Origin: a virus
Taxonomy: Duplodnaviria > Heunggongvirae > Uroviricota > Caudoviricetes
IMG/VR virus record: IMGVR_UViG_3300017989_000089
Coordinates: 1 to 64,000 of that record
Direction: 5' to 3' (one strand)
Length of the DNA stretch: 64,000 bases
Position 1 is the stretch's first letter. Every line of letters starts with the position of its first letter. The notes under the pieces were generated by a model that did not search any database, had not been told where the DNA came from, and worked only from the letters and a program-made list of their open reading frames with translations. A program made the position numbers and the translations under genes. Shown in pieces: positions 63,470 to 64,000 of this stretch.

Positions 63470-63676
63470 GTGGATATGCCTACACCAAAAAACCCGACCA
63501 AGAAAGAGCAGTTGGGTCAGCTTCTTGATTCATTGAACGAAGCTATCGTTACCTACTCGCAGTCACACCTTCACCTGTTCGTCAATCACCTCCGAGACAA
63601 GGGATTCATGAGCGACGAGCAAGTCCTGAAAGCGTTGGAGTCGTTCAATGAAAGTCTCGACGATCCCGCTTATTGA
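63470..63676 (+). CDS. hypothetical protein
   Basis: 68 aa, behind RBS GAAAGGAAGTGG. Confidence 0.35.
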   Translation: MDMPTPKNPTKKEQLGQLLDSLNEAIVTYSQSHLHLFVNHLRDKGFMSDEQVLKALESFNESLDDPAY

Positions 63677-63845
63677 CATGAAGGGCAAAATACCACAAAC
63701 CTACTGCTCCGAGTGCATGGCACCGGCACGCATCGAGTATGCAGTCGGCAAACAGGTCTTCAAGCTTTGTCTCCGGTGCCTAATAGAGATGGAGCGACAA
63801 ACCAGCGAAGCGTTGAAAGGTCTACTCAACGAAAGGACACACTGA
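63648..63845 (+). CDS. zinc-ribbon mini-protein
   Basis: 65 aa with CSECM...CLRC. Confidence 0.3.
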   Translation: MKVSTIPLIDMKGKIPQTYCSECMAPARIEYAVGKQVFKLCLRCLIEMERQTSEALKGLLNERTH

Positions 63846-64000
63846 ATGGCTACCTACGAGAAAATCAAATGTGACAACTGTGGCAAGGAATGTGAAACCA
63901 TCCATGCCATGAATTGGATACACATTGGTATCGTTGGGATTGATGGCAGGTCGTTCAGCGATCCTGTCCTTCCTGCTGACCTCTGCTCTCCTACGTGTGT

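Noticed and set aside
1-64000. Search for CRISPR arrays, rRNA, integrase/att sites and transposases.
   Set aside because: No spacer-separated repeats, no rRNA-like segments and no recombinase or transposase motifs were recognised in the supplied translations. An integrase could lie outside this window.

Overview
This window looks like part of a tailed-phage (caudovirus) genome or prophage; there are no rRNA genes or CRISPR arrays, and no integrase or transposase was recognised. It has two divergently transcribed halves. No tool was run: every tRNA was folded by eye, and every protein family was assigned from motifs read in the supplied six-frame translations.

The left half (about 540-37470) is on the minus strand and is a complete virion and lysis module. 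Read in transcription order it holds:
- a ParB-nuclease-like protein, then small and large terminase subunits;
- a DUF2493/SLOG protein and cysteine-rich mini-proteins;
- portal, a MuF/XkdF-like minor head protein, an E/K-rich scaffold, a head-decoration-like protein and the major capsid protein;
- two Sec-signal-peptide proteins inserted into the head module, one of them a 1372-aa internally repetitive protein;
- head-tail joining proteins (including an HK97 gp10-like one), major tail protein, tail assembly chaperones and a 1683-aa tape measure protein;
- distal tail and fiber proteins, then an amidase_2 (T7-lysozyme-like) endolysin with small membrane proteins beside it;
- a metallophosphoesterase with an HTH, a nucleoside 2-deoxyribosyltransferase-like protein, and an SPFH/band-7 plus ribbon-helix-helix pair.

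The right half (about 37578-64000) is on the plus strand and is dominated by about 28 tRNA or tRNA-like genes. Most are canonical. They include an initiator-like Met, a His with an encoded G-1 and an Ala with G3:U70. Three are unusual short (type I) tRNAs carrying Leu anticodons, and three more are aberrant tRNA-like loci. The tRNAs are interleaved with many CxxC zinc-ribbon mini-ORFs and with an RNA end-healing, sealing and modification toolkit:
- a DHH/DHHA1 phosphoesterase, an Rnl2-like ATP-dependent ligase, an RtcB ligase and a small P-loop kinase;
- a SPOUT TrmL-like methyltransferase overlapping a sulfotransferase;
- a VRR-NUC, vWA and DUF4326 cluster;
- a tandem triplicated paralog family followed by a 663-aa repeat protein;
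- a lipoprotein with a poly-Pro/Thr linker next to a secreted 500-aa protein.

The most plausible novel system is this tRNA array with its repair and modification enzymes, read here as a possible counter-defence against host anticodon nucleases. The signal-peptide proteins and the paralog operon are further uncharacterised candidates.
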